Source: a virus. From it: a stretch of DNA of 64,000 bases. The stretch covers positions 64,170 to 128,169 of the IMG/VR virus record IMGVR_UViG_3300025151_003852. One strand, given 5' to 3'. The notes below the pieces were generated by a model that searched no databases, had not been told where the DNA came from, and was given only the letters and a program-made list of their open reading frames with translations. Positions within the stretch are counted from its first letter, which is position 1, and every line of letters begins with the position of its first letter. Below, one piece after another: positions 9,500 through 19,886 of this stretch. Position numbers and translations under genes: made by a program.

Positions 9500-9733
9500 T
9501 TAGAAGAATGGCATTTGAGTTTTCTTAGTAGTTTCTAAGTGTTCCTCAATTAATTTGTTTATGGCTTTACGTTCTGATAGGGACATGTTAAGGACATCTT
9601 CATATGAGGCACCACCACGCATGTACCAAGCCAAAGTCAAGGCGTTTGACTTTAAGCCCTGAGTGTATTCTTCATATTTTTGTATTAACTCCCTTATCCC
9701 TTCAGGGTCGAGTGAAAGGAGTCTTAGACGAAA
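9500..9733 (-). CDS. gp51-like baseplate/tail assembly chaperone extension, probably reached by -1 frameshift
   Basis: Open -1 frame ...RLRLLSLDPEGIRELIQKYEEYTQGLKSNALTLAWYMRGGASYEDVLNMSLSERKAINKLIEEHLETTKKTQMPFF*; no ATG until mid-frame; not in ORF track. Confidence 0.65.
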   Translation of the reverse strand, partial: FRLRLLSLDPEGIRELIQKYEEYTQGLKSNALTLAWYMRGGASYEDVLNMSLSERKAINKLIEEHLETTKKTQMPFF

Positions 9734-10584
9734 AAATCCGATGCGTTCAATGTGAATGGTTGCTTGTACTCATGTCCACATTCTTCTTTTTCTGGATCAT
9801 CTGAACCTGCGGTGCATACAATAGTTAGAGGCTTAATTGTTGATTTCTCTCTAAGTTGCGTGTTGTGATCTCTTATAGTTTCATAAGTTTTCGTGTCAGC
9901 ATTCTTTAGAAAGTCATGTATATGATCTGTATCAGTAACTTCTCCTTCAGGAGTAACAATTTTTACGATTGTTTGAGATAAGATTTCCATTGTGAGTACT
10001 GTAATATCTTTCAATGCTTCAGCACTTACTAAGGTACGTTCTTGTTGATCTTCAATAGCAGATAAGTTTTTGTATTTTGCTTGAATTTCAAACTGTTTTA
10101 GACCTGCTTCATTCATTTCTTTGTACTTTAAGGGCGCAAAATAAATTTCTAACTCATTCATTCTTAAAGGAGTTTCATAATCTCCTGCCCCCAATGATCT
10201 TAGTAGAACTTGTAGATTAATACCATATGTACCTTCTTCACCGCATTTCTCACATTTAGACTCAACATCAATAGTTTCTTGCCCACCTGCGGCTTTGATA
10301 GAGATTAATACTGTATCTAAATCAGTACTTAATAATGCCCAAGGATTCTTAATTGCTGGTACACAACTTTTAATAATCTCTACCATGGCTGTACCATTAA
10401 ACAAAGCATCTGGAGTCTTTGTCGTTATTTCATCGATTGCTGTCATAGGATAGACAGGTAATTCTTTGTTCTCAGGCCATTCGATGTCTTCAGGTGCGTA
10501 ACTTTCCCCACCTGACGGTAAAGAGATATGTACAGCGGGTCTACGAAAAAACTGTCGTAGCGGATTATTTTCATTAATTGTCAT
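9724..10584 (-). CDS. Baseplate hub assembly chaperone (gp26-like)
   Basis: LPS.G, PMTA.DE, D.D.VL..I..A..G, CxxC and C-terminal C...C.H......DFF pattern of gp26/gp51 family. Confidence 0.75.
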   Translation of the reverse strand: MTINENNPLRQFFRRPAVHISLPSGGESYAPEDIEWPENKELPVYPMTAIDEITTKTPDALFNGTAMVEIIKSCVPAIKNPWALLSTDLDTVLISIKAAGGQETIDVESKCEKCGEEGTYGINLQVLLRSLGAGDYETPLRMNELEIYFAPLKYKEMNEAGLKQFEIQAKYKNLSAIEDQQERTLVSAEALKDITVLTMEILSQTIVKIVTPEGEVTDTDHIHDFLKNADTKTYETIRDHNTQLREKSTIKPLTIVCTAGSDDPEKEECGHEYKQPFTLNASDFFV

Positions 10585-10620
10585 ATATGTTCCCCATAAT
10601 AAAATACGGTATTTTAAAAA

Positions 10621-10648
10621 ACTAAATACTAGTGTGATTATATTTAGT
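10621..10648. promoter_or_regulatory. Pair of oppositely oriented late promoters (ACTAAATA on + at 10621, on - at 10641-10648)
   Basis: Located between the divergent gp26-like and tape-measure genes. Confidence 0.55.
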
Positions 10649-10691
10649 ATCCCAAAACCATGCTAAATTAAAAATAATAGGACAACATTAG

Positions 10692-13600
10692 ATGGATGAT
10701 TTTTCACCTGAAGAAATGCGAGAATTTAATGAGAATTTAAATTCTATGAATGCCTCTTTGGGAGCATTAAATTCAGGACTACAAAATTTATCTAATACCC
10801 TAAATCAAACATCACAGGCAAATCAGGAAGCCGCAAAACAGTCAGAAGAAAACACAAAACAGCAAACATCTTCTACTAATAAAAAGACAGAATCAGATGA
10901 TAGAGCCGGCGAACAAATAAAAACAACTGCTGAAAAAATGTCAGGAGCATTGCGAACTGCTACTAGTGCAGTTGTTAGTTTTTCAGGTGCATTAGTTTCA
11001 GGTGTTGATGGTTTTGACAAGTATACTAAAGCAGTATCAGGTTTTGGAGACTCAGCAAAAGAAACTGGTGACGCATTAGGTGGATTCGGTAAGTTTTTAG
11101 GTAACGCAGTAAACATATTAGCCGAGTTTACAGTCGTTACAATGAAACAGGCTGATGCACAAAATCAGTTTGCAAAAGAAATGAACCGAATGGGTGCTAT
11201 TGTTGATACAACTACCCAAGGTTTAGCAGAACAAGCAAGAGCCGCAGGCGCAAGTGCAGGTGACTTACAAGAATTAGCCGTAGTTATTACTCAAAGTTCT
11301 CAAGCATTAGCATCGTTTGGTGCAGGTACTTCTGAGGGTACAGCAAAAATGCTGGAAGTCTTCAGATTATCTGATGACCAAGAAAGAGAAATGCGTAGAT
11401 ATGGGTACACTCTAAGAGAAGCCCAAGAACAACAAGCATATTACATAGAATTGCAAAGAACATCTGGTATTAATATGCAAGCCAGAGAGATGACTGAACA
11501 AGATGTTCGTATTAAGTCATTACAGTATGCAAAAACATTAAACACATTATCAGAGTTAACAGGTATTCAAGCCGGACAACTCAAAGAAGAACAAGCCGCA
11601 GTACAAGCAGACTTACGTAATAAGATTCGTAATATACGTGATCAAAATGATATTGAAAGACTTAAGCAACAGTTAGACGGCAACATTACTGCTGAAAAAA
11701 GAAAATCGATAGAAGCAGAAATAAGAGCAAGAGAAGAAGAAATACAAGTAAGAGTCGATGCAGGTAACCAATTTGCAGGTTTACTAGGCAGAGACATGGC
11801 TGCCAAAGTGATGAACGTTATTGGTACTGGGGCATTTGATGAGAATACAAAAGAACTAGCAAACTTAGGTCTTAATGCCGCAGAACTTAAAGAAAGATTT
11901 GCAGGCTTGACTGCTGGTTCAGACGAATACAAACAAGCAGTTGCCGAAACAACAGGTGAACTCGTAGGTGGTGTTAGACGAAACGTAGATAGGTTCGGTA
12001 AGTCTATGGAACTTGCCGCTAACGCAAGTGAGATCGGCGCCGCAGTAGGTATTAACGAAAGAACAACAGATACAGCCAGACTTTTTGATAGCCAAGATCA
12101 GGCTACGAATAGAGTATTAGAAAGTTTTGATAAAGTATCAGAGGCTACACAAGAAGGCGTAGATACACAAAAAGATTTGGCCGCTGAACTACAAGTATTT
12201 GAAACTAATGTTAGAACAGCCGCAGATGAGTTTTTAAATTCGATTAATCCGTTTACAGGTGGATTAGGATTAGGCACTATTGCACTAGGCGGTTTTACAA
12301 TAGCATTAGGAACCGCTACAACTGCATTATATGGCATGGCTGGTTCAGGAGCAGGAAGTGGCATGTTAGACATGTTCACCGGCGGCGGTAACGGTGGCGG
12401 TAAACGAGCAAGAGGGTTAAGAGCGGCCGGCAACTTCTTATCAAAAGGTGTTAGTAGATTAGCCGTACCACTAGCCGCAGGAATGTCTATTTATAGTGGA
12501 GTATCAGAAGCAAGTGCAGGACGAGATGAAGCAGATGCACAACTAGCCCAAGTAACAGACGCCGAAGACTCATCAGTAGCAGAAATATATCGTGCTAAAA
12601 AACAGCACGAAATAGACACTAAACAAGCCAACAGAAAGGGGGCCGGTACAGCAATCGGCGGTACTGGTGGAGCCATTGCAGGTGCGGCCGCAGGTGCAGC
12701 CATAGGTTCGTTTATTCCAATCATTGGAACAGCAATTGGTGGTATTATCGGCGGAGCCTTAGGAGCATGGGGCGGATCTTCAGCAGGAAGTGCAATAGCA
12801 GAAAACTATCTAAGTCCAGAAGACTTAGAAATGTATAATGCTAGTGATGCTGAATATGCTTTAATGACTGATGAAGAAAAAGAAAAATATAATGAGATCA
12901 GAGATGCTATTAAGGAACAAACACGATTACAAGAAGAAGAAGCAACACGTTTAGAAAAAGCATATAATGACAATTACGAGGAAATACAGAAGATAGGTCT
13001 ATATGACAAAGACTTGCTTGGTAATAGTGAAGTAAACTTTGAAATGCTTGCCCAAATGAGAGACGATGGTACTCTCTCACAAGAAATGCTTGAGGCTATG
13101 CTATATGATAATGATTTAAGTGAAGCAGACACGGCATTAGTGCAGAAACAGTTAGATTTGATGAAAGCAAACGCCGAAAAAGACGAAGTAAAAGAAAAAG
13201 AAAAAGAAGTAGCAGAAGTAAAAGAAGAAGAAGTAGGTGGCAGAACATTAGATATGTCTCCTGAAAATCTAGCCAAAATATTTGAGGCAGATATAAAAGC
13301 AGAAGAAAAAAGAAATGCAGAAAAACAAGCAGAACAACTTGCACTCGCACAAGCAAAAGAAGAAACTGTTACAGAACAAATTACACCTGAAGTTGTTGCT
13401 AATGCATTAAAAGAAACAGGAAGCGGCGCACCTATTCCAGGAGTAGTTGATACAGAACAATTATTAGCAACAACAGACGTTGTTGAAAATATGATAGCAG
13501 ATGCAGGGAAAGCCATTAGTACCCCTGCATTAGAAGAAATCACAACTACAGCAGAATCTGTCCCTATAGATGATATTTTAAAAGAAGTTCAAGTTTCTTC

Positions 13601-14168
13601 ATCTAAAGTAGCAACTCTTATAGAATCACCTGCAATTAAAAAAGCAGTAGATCCACTAGATGAATTAAGAAATATGGATAATGGTTTTGGTGGAACTCTA
13701 GGAGACACGGTCACAAGAGACATGGTGAGAGGTGGATATATTGCTCATGGTCAATTTGGTTCATTAGATCCATTAACAGGTGAAGCACCTGAAATGGAAA
13801 GAAGACACTTTGAAACCGAAGAAGAAGCCCTTAGAGCAATGGCCGCTCCTCAAGAATGGGAAGCACAATTACAAGCAAAGTTGGATGCTAACTTTGCTGA
13901 GATGATGGCTGAAATAGATGCAGGATCACCTGGAACTATGCCCGTTGTTGATATTACTCCAGAACCAACTGAAGAAGAACCTAGTGCTGAAGTACAGTCC
14001 GATAGTCAACTTGCCCAAACTGATACTGGTGGTGGAGAAATGACTGAATTTGAAAAACGTAGTCTAGCCGCACTAGAAAAGCAGAATGAGAGACTTGCTA
14101 GAATTGAAAATGCATCTATAGAGACCGCAGATGGTACCCAAAAAATTGCAATCAACTCGGCAGTTTAA
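10692..14168 (+). CDS. Tape measure-like protein, 1158 aa
   Basis: Long Ala/Glu-rich helical protein with glycine-zipper hydrophobic segments (GAAIGSFIPIIGTAIGGIIGG); adjacent to the chaperone gene. Confidence 0.6.
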   Translation: MDDFSPEEMREFNENLNSMNASLGALNSGLQNLSNTLNQTSQANQEAAKQSEENTKQQTSSTNKKTESDDRAGEQIKTTAEKMSGALRTATSAVVSFSGALVSGVDGFDKYTKAVSGFGDSAKETGDALGGFGKFLGNAVNILAEFTVVTMKQADAQNQFAKEMNRMGAIVDTTTQGLAEQARAAGASAGDLQELAVVITQSSQALASFGAGTSEGTAKMLEVFRLSDDQEREMRRYGYTLREAQEQQAYYIELQRTSGINMQAREMTEQDVRIKSLQYAKTLNTLSELTGIQAGQLKEEQAAVQADLRNKIRNIRDQNDIERLKQQLDGNITAEKRKSIEAEIRAREEEIQVRVDAGNQFAGLLGRDMAAKVMNVIGTGAFDENTKELANLGLNAAELKERFAGLTAGSDEYKQAVAETTGELVGGVRRNVDRFGKSMELAANASEIGAAVGINERTTDTARLFDSQDQATNRVLESFDKVSEATQEGVDTQKDLAAELQVFETNVRTAADEFLNSINPFTGGLGLGTIALGGFTIALGTATTALYGMAGSGAGSGMLDMFTGGGNGGGKRARGLRAAGNFLSKGVSRLAVPLAAGMSIYSGVSEASAGRDEADAQLAQVTDAEDSSVAEIYRAKKQHEIDTKQANRKGAGTAIGGTGGAIAGAAAGAAIGSFIPIIGTAIGGIIGGALGAWGGSSAGSAIAENYLSPEDLEMYNASDAEYALMTDEEKEKYNEIRDAIKEQTRLQEEEATRLEKAYNDNYEEIQKIGLYDKDLLGNSEVNFEMLAQMRDDGTLSQEMLEAMLYDNDLSEADTALVQKQLDLMKANAEKDEVKEKEKEVAEVKEEEVGGRTLDMSPENLAKIFEADIKAEEKRNAEKQAEQLALAQAKEETVTEQITPEVVANALKETGSGAPIPGVVDTEQLLATTDVVENMIADAGKAISTPALEEITTTAESVPIDDILKEVQVSSSKVATLIESPAIKKAVDPLDELRNMDNGFGGTLGDTVTRDMVRGGYIAHGQFGSLDPLTGEAPEMERRHFETEEEALRAMAAPQEWEAQLQAKLDANFAEMMAEIDAGSPGTMPVVDITPEPTEEEPSAEVQSDSQLAQTDTGGGEMTEFEKRSLAALEKQNERLARIENASIETADGTQKIAINSAV

Positions 14169-14201
14169 CTAAATATATAATATAAAGAGAACCTATACCA
14201 C

Positions 14202-15995
14202 ATGGCATATACAAAGAAATTTTTAAACAAGAGCGGAGTATCAAGTCCGATATCGGGAGGCAACAGTAATCCTGGGTCTTGGAACGGTGTAGGCGCATCA
14301 GAAGAAGGTTACTCAAACACTGATTTCGGTTACAAGAATTACATGAGTAGACTTCCTGAAGTTTACACAGGACATCCTAACAGAATAGAAAGATACAATC
14401 AGTATGAGATGATGGATGTCGATGCTGAGATCAATGCTTGTTTAGATATCATTGCAGAATTCAGCACACAAAAGAATGATCACAATCATACACCATTTAA
14501 CTTTGAGTTTAGAGATGAGCCTACTCCACATGAGATGGACTTGTTATCTAAGCAGTTACAACAATGGTGTAAGTTAAATGAATTTGATACTCGTATGTTT
14601 AAGATGTTTAGAAACGTCATTAAATACGGAGATCAAGTCTTTGTAAGAGATCCAGAGAACTTTAAACTCTACTGGGTTGACATGGTTAAGGTCATCAAAG
14701 TTATTGTTAACGAAAGTGAAGGTAAACTTCCTGAACAGTATGTTATTAAAGACTTAAACATTAACTTACAGAACTTAACAGTTGCACAAAAAACAAACAC
14801 AGATTTTGCCGCTAATCCAACAACAGGATTAGGTGGTACTGGTGGCGGTGGCGGAGCAGGTGGAGGCGGATATACTGTCCCATCTATGCCATACAACACA
14901 TCAGGTAGTAGATTTACATTAGGACAAGCAGAATCAGCAATCGATTCTAATCATGTTGTTCACTTGTCACTAACAGAAGGCTTAGATCGTTTCTGGCCTT
15001 TCGGACAATCAATCTTAGAGAACATCTTTAAAGTATATAAACAGAAAGAACTATTAGAAGATGCTATCTTAATCTATCGTGTACAACGTGCGCCAGAACG
15101 TAGAATGTTTAAGATTGATGTAGGTAATATGCCTAGTCACTTAGCAATGGCATTCGTAGATAGAATTAAAAATGAGATTCACCAAAGACGTATTCCAAGT
15201 ATTCACGGTGGGCAGTCTGTAGTTGATGCTACATACAATCCACTATCAATGAATGAAGATTACTTCTTCCCAGTCACATCAGAAGGTAGAGGATCATCTA
15301 TCGAAGTTCTCCCAGGTGGACAGAACTTAGGTGAGATTGATGACTTGAAATACTTTAATAATAGATTAGCAAGAGGACTACGTGTACCTAGTTCATACTT
15401 ACCCACAGGTCCTGATGACAACACAACACCTCTGAACGATGGTCGTGTTGGTACTGCTATGATACAAGAGTTTAGATTCAATCAGTACTGTGAAAGACTA
15501 CAGAACTACATCTGTCAAAAACTTGATGATGAATTTAAATTATTTTTGCGTTGGAGAGGATTCAACATCGATACACAGATGTTTGACTTATCATTTAATC
15601 CACCGCAAAACTTTGCCGCTTATCGTCAAAGTGAACTAGATACTGCAAGAGTAGGTACTTTTGGAGCAATGGAAGCATTCCCTTATGTTTCTAAACGTTT
15701 TGCACTAGAAAGATTCTTAGGATTAACTGAAGAAGAAATCAATAAGAATGAAAAACTTTGGGCAGAAGAAAACACTGAAGCACAAGATGCAGACCCATCA
15801 GGCTCTGATCTTAGAAACATTGGAGTGTCTACAGGAGACTTTGATGCAGATATGGACACTAGTGAAGAAATCGAAGACCAAGAAAACTTAGACGATCTTG
15901 GAGACCTCGATGTAGCAGGTCCAGTAGGTACCCCGGGGACAGCAACCGGTTCAGTTGAAGGTGCTGGTGAAGTAGGACCTGCTCAAGGCGTTTAG
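14202..15995 (+). CDS. Portal protein (gp20-like)
   Basis: EDAILIYRVQRAPERRMFKIDVGNMP, EDYFFP...GRGSSIEVLPGGQNLGEIDD motifs. Confidence 0.95.
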   Translation: MAYTKKFLNKSGVSSPISGGNSNPGSWNGVGASEEGYSNTDFGYKNYMSRLPEVYTGHPNRIERYNQYEMMDVDAEINACLDIIAEFSTQKNDHNHTPFNFEFRDEPTPHEMDLLSKQLQQWCKLNEFDTRMFKMFRNVIKYGDQVFVRDPENFKLYWVDMVKVIKVIVNESEGKLPEQYVIKDLNINLQNLTVAQKTNTDFAANPTTGLGGTGGGGGAGGGGYTVPSMPYNTSGSRFTLGQAESAIDSNHVVHLSLTEGLDRFWPFGQSILENIFKVYKQKELLEDAILIYRVQRAPERRMFKIDVGNMPSHLAMAFVDRIKNEIHQRRIPSIHGGQSVVDATYNPLSMNEDYFFPVTSEGRGSSIEVLPGGQNLGEIDDLKYFNNRLARGLRVPSSYLPTGPDDNTTPLNDGRVGTAMIQEFRFNQYCERLQNYICQKLDDEFKLFLRWRGFNIDTQMFDLSFNPPQNFAAYRQSELDTARVGTFGAMEAFPYVSKRFALERFLGLTEEEINKNEKLWAEENTEAQDADPSGSDLRNIGVSTGDFDADMDTSEEIEDQENLDDLGDLDVAGPVGTPGTATGSVEGAGEVGPAQGV

Positions 15996-16849
15996 TGAAA
16001 CTTAAACATATTATTACATCTGGATGCAGTTTCAGTGATGCTTATACTCACTGGACGTGGCCTCATGTATTAGAATCACATATCAAATCATTAGACCCTA
16101 ACGTAACATTCGATCACAGAGGCATGGGTCATCAAGGTCAAGAACTCATACAAAAGAAAACAACAAATGCTATTATAGATGCATTAGATAATGGGATTGA
16201 TCCATCTGAAATAGGTGTTCTTGTTGCTTGGAGTGGTAATGATCGCAAAACTTGGTACATAACAAACAAAGATTATATTAGTGATATTAAAGATCACTGG
16301 AGTACGTCCGGTGGAGACAACTGGGACATACAATTTTGTAATCTCAAAAACAATAAAGAAGGTGTTGAAGTATTAGAATATAATAATAAACACGGAAATT
16401 ATTTTGTTCAATATAATCCCAACGGCGGGTGGTATCACTCCGCATGGAATCATAGAGAACCTAAATTTATCAATGATTATATAATGTTTACTGAACCTGT
16501 TACTGCCAGAGGTTATGATACACATAACATACACTCGTTGCATCTTGCATTAGAAAATATGATTATGTTGCAAAATACATGTAAAGTACATGGTATTAAA
16601 TTTTATCATCAATATTATATGGATCATACATACAAAGATATTGAAGCATGTAAAGATCATCCTATTATAGAATATCTCTATAAACAACTAGATCAAACGA
16701 TTAGAGTAAAGCCTGCAATCCATGAATATGTCAAACCTTTTGGCATGACAGTATCAGAAAGAGATGTACATCCTAATGAAGAAGGGCATCAAAAATACTT
16801 TGATGATATTCTAAAACCCTTTTTAGAAGAAAAAAACTTTTTTGAATAA
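15995..16849 (+). CDS. SGNH/GDSL-like hydrolase-fold protein
   Basis: N-terminal GCSFS, WP, WS...R, C-terminal D.HPN.EGH. Confidence 0.55.
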   Translation: MKLKHIITSGCSFSDAYTHWTWPHVLESHIKSLDPNVTFDHRGMGHQGQELIQKKTTNAIIDALDNGIDPSEIGVLVAWSGNDRKTWYITNKDYISDIKDHWSTSGGDNWDIQFCNLKNNKEGVEVLEYNNKHGNYFVQYNPNGGWYHSAWNHREPKFINDYIMFTEPVTARGYDTHNIHSLHLALENMIMLQNTCKVHGIKFYHQYYMDHTYKDIEACKDHPIIEYLYKQLDQTIRVKPAIHEYVKPFGMTVSERDVHPNEEGHQKYFDDILKPFLEEKNFFE

Positions 16850-16857
16850 ATATTAAT

Positions 16858-17088
16858 ATGAAATTATTTGAAATGTTCGATGCGGCAACACCAGGATACC
16901 AAGAAGTTGGAGATGACAACTCCAAACCTATTTGGAGAACATCTAGGAAAACAAAACTCACATTGAGTCAAATCAGAAAGTTACGTAAAATGTTAGATGT
17001 CAGAAATTATGAAAAAGCAAAACATCTGACCAAAGTTAGAAATCAGTACGGGGCAAAACCAGATCCAGAGGCTGGTCCTAGCATCTAA
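16858..17088 (+). CDS. Small basic head-module protein
   Basis: RKTKLTLSQIRKLRKM...QYG; lies between portal and prohead core genes; TAAATA 5 nt upstream. Confidence 0.6.
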   Translation: MKLFEMFDAATPGYQEVGDDNSKPIWRTSRKTKLTLSQIRKLRKMLDVRNYEKAKHLTKVRNQYGAKPDPEAGPSI

Positions 17089-17236
17089 TTTTAATAATCA
17101 GAAATACCTGATTTCCCCTATTTTCACCTCAAATACGCCAAAAACGCAAAAAAGTAGTACTTAAATAGTACTTTTTATAACTACGCACTAAATATCTCTA
17201 CAAAGCCATACTTTATTATATCAGGAGAAAAGTACA

Positions 17237-18070
17237 ATGGAAAACAAGAAATTTGAACAATTAATCGATCTCATTATTAATGAAGACGAAGAACAGGCGA
17301 AAGAACTGTTTCACAACATTGTTGTCGAAAAATCAAAAGAAATCTACGAGTCTATCATGGAAGAAGAAATGAAAGACAGTGACGACCTAGAAGAAGGCAT
17401 GGGCGGTCAAGTCGGTGATCTTGCTGACGAAGTCCAAGCAGAAGAATCTGGTGTTGCAGAAGATGCTGAAGAAGAAATTGACGTTGATTCAGAAGAAGTT
17501 TTCGACATCGAAGGCGATGATGAAGTAGATGCTACTTTAGACATCGAAGCAAACTCATCTGAAGAAGTTGAAGATGCAGTTGTAAGAATCGAAGACAAAC
17601 TCGACACATTATTAGACGAGTTTGAAGAACTCATGGCCGACCAAGACGAATTAAAAGGTCGTGATGACGAAATGGATGCTGACCTACATGACATCGAAGA
17701 TAAAGAAGATGACATCGAAGGCGACATCGAAGACCAGGAAGTTGACGTAGACGTTTCTGTTGATGACGAAGAAGTAGTTGCTGAAGCAATTAATCTTCCT
17801 AAAGTAACAGCACACATGGGAGACAACGGTTCAAATACTAAATCTCCAGTAGACGCAAACTCAGGTCAAAAAGGAATGGACAGTAAGCCAGTAGATTTCG
17901 ATCTAGGTGGTGATGAAAAAGGACGCCCTGCTCCGACTGCTAAAGACGTAGATGGTGCTTCTTCATTCCAAAACGTTCCTGGAAACAACAAAGGACCTAA
18001 ATTGAGTCCTGCACCAAAGCCCGTAACATCACAGGCTGAAGGTACTAACACTAAATCTGTAATAGATTAA
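17237..18070 (+). CDS. Acidic prohead core protein (gp67/68-like position)
   Basis: Highly acidic; AGGAG RBS; immediately upstream of prohead protease. Confidence 0.55.
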   Translation: MENKKFEQLIDLIINEDEEQAKELFHNIVVEKSKEIYESIMEEEMKDSDDLEEGMGGQVGDLADEVQAEESGVAEDAEEEIDVDSEEVFDIEGDDEVDATLDIEANSSEEVEDAVVRIEDKLDTLLDEFEELMADQDELKGRDDEMDADLHDIEDKEDDIEGDIEDQEVDVDVSVDDEEVVAEAINLPKVTAHMGDNGSNTKSPVDANSGQKGMDSKPVDFDLGGDEKGRPAPTAKDVDGASSFQNVPGNNKGPKLSPAPKPVTSQAEGTNTKSVID

Positions 18071-18082
18071 GGACTGATACAA

Positions 18083-18724
18083 ATGGCTTTGTATCTTAAA
18101 GAACACTTATCATTCGACCGTGCTGAAATGATGGTCGAATCGGTAAAAGAAGGTGATTCTAATTTGAAGACTCTTTATATGAAAGGAATCTTCATTCAGG
18201 GAGGGGTAAAAAACGCCAATGAACGTGTTTACCCCGTTTCTGAAATCAAAACAGCCGTAGACACACTTAACGATCAAATACAAGAAGGTAATTCTGTGTT
18301 AGGTGAAGTTGACCATCCCGATGATTTAAAAATTAACTTAGATCGTGTTTCACATATGATTACTAATATGTGGATGGATGGGCCTAATGGCTACGGTAAG
18401 TTAAAGATTTTACCAACTCCGATGGGTCAGTTAGTTCAGACCATGTTAGAGTCAGGGGTAAAACTCGGAGTATCTAGTAGAGGTAGCGGAAACGTTAATG
18501 ATTTAGATGGCCGAGTCAGTGATTTTGAAATAATCACTGTGGATATTGTTGCCCAACCAAGTGCTCCTAATGCATATCCTAAAGCAATTTACGAAGGTCT
18601 TATGAATATGACCAACGGACATAAAGTTTTAGAAATTGCAAGAGAAGCAAGAGGCAATAAACAAGTAGAACGGTTTTTGAAGGACGAGGTAACTCGTCTT
18701 ATCAAAGATTTAAAAATCGACTAA
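18083..18724 (+). CDS. Prohead protease (gp21-like)
   Basis: GIFIQGGVKNANERVYP, LGEVDHP, GVSSRGSG, DIVAQPSAPNAY. Confidence 0.95.
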   Translation: MALYLKEHLSFDRAEMMVESVKEGDSNLKTLYMKGIFIQGGVKNANERVYPVSEIKTAVDTLNDQIQEGNSVLGEVDHPDDLKINLDRVSHMITNMWMDGPNGYGKLKILPTPMGQLVQTMLESGVKLGVSSRGSGNVNDLDGRVSDFEIITVDIVAQPSAPNAYPKAIYEGLMNMTNGHKVLEIAREARGNKQVERFLKDEVTRLIKDLKID

Positions 18725-18742
18725 AATAGAGGGGAAAACAGC

Positions 18743-19849
18743 ATGTTAGATGCTATCAAACCATTAATTGATTCAGGTCTTATTAACGAAGATGTCGCAG
18801 GTGAATTAGAAAGCACTTGGGAATCTAAGTTAACTGAGGCTAAAGATCAAGTTCGTGGTGAACTTAGAAATGAGTTCGCACAAAGATACGAACATGACAG
18901 AAGTGTGATGGTTGAAGCCCTGGATAAGATGATTACAGAATCTCTCTCAGAAGAAATTAAAGAATTTCATGAGGAGAAGACTGCAATTAACGAAGACCGC
19001 GTAAAAGCAAAAATGAAACTTAAGGAAAGTGCAAAGAAATTTAATAACTTTATGGTAACTAAGTTAGCAGAAGAAATTAAAGAACTACGTGCAGACCGTA
19101 AGGTTCAGTTGGAAAACCAAGATAAACTTCAAAAGTTTATCACTCATGCATTGGCTAGAGAGATCAAAGAATTTGCTCAGGATAGACAAGCAGTGGTAGA
19201 ACAACGAGTCAAGTTAGTTGCTGAAGGTCGTACACAATTAGAAGCATTGAAAGAGAAGTTTATTTCTGAAAGTGCCTCAAGATTGAGTAAGTCAGTTTCA
19301 TCTCATCTAAAAGGTGAATTATCACAACTTAAGGAAGATATTCAAATTGCTAGGGAGAATAACTTCGGTCGTAAGATTTTTGAAACATTTGCAGGTGAAT
19401 TCAGCACAACTTATCTTAATGATAAGGCTGAAACACGTAAGATTGTTTCTGACTTGAACGACAAAGAACAAGAACTAGCAGAATCAAGGGTTCAACTTGC
19501 GAAAGCACAAGAACTCATTGAATCAAAAGAACGTGAAGTTAACATTATTAAAGAATCTACTCAACGTGAAAAGACTTTAGACAGTTTAGTGTCATCTTTA
19601 AACAAAGAGAAGGCTCAAGTAATGCGATCTTTATTAGAAAGTGTTCAGACGCCAAAACTGAAGAACGCATTTGATAAGTATTTACCAGCAGTATTGAACG
19701 AAGGAAGTACCAAAGAGAAATCTGAAAAGGCTCCTCTTACTGAATCTGTTTCAACTGCACAAACAGGTAATAAATCTGCCAAGAAAGAACAAGAGGTTGA
19801 GGTAGATGACAGCAATGTTATCGATCTTAAGCGCCTGGCAGGGCTTTAA
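18743..19849 (+). CDS. Prohead scaffolding protein (gp22-like)
   Basis: Coiled-coil protein with FGRKIFETF motif, between protease and capsid genes. Confidence 0.8.
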   Translation: MLDAIKPLIDSGLINEDVAGELESTWESKLTEAKDQVRGELRNEFAQRYEHDRSVMVEALDKMITESLSEEIKEFHEEKTAINEDRVKAKMKLKESAKKFNNFMVTKLAEEIKELRADRKVQLENQDKLQKFITHALAREIKEFAQDRQAVVEQRVKLVAEGRTQLEALKEKFISESASRLSKSVSSHLKGELSQLKEDIQIARENNFGRKIFETFAGEFSTTYLNDKAETRKIVSDLNDKEQELAESRVQLAKAQELIESKEREVNIIKESTQREKTLDSLVSSLNKEKAQVMRSLLESVQTPKLKNAFDKYLPAVLNEGSTKEKSEKAPLTESVSTAQTGNKSAKKEQEVEVDDSNVIDLKRLAGL

Positions 19850-19886
19850 TTATAAACTAGACATAGAAATTTAGGAGAAAATAACC

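Noticed and set aside
9604-9804. 66-aa plus-strand ORF in the track
   Set aside because: Antisense to the gp26-like gene end and its -1 frame extension, which better explain the sequence
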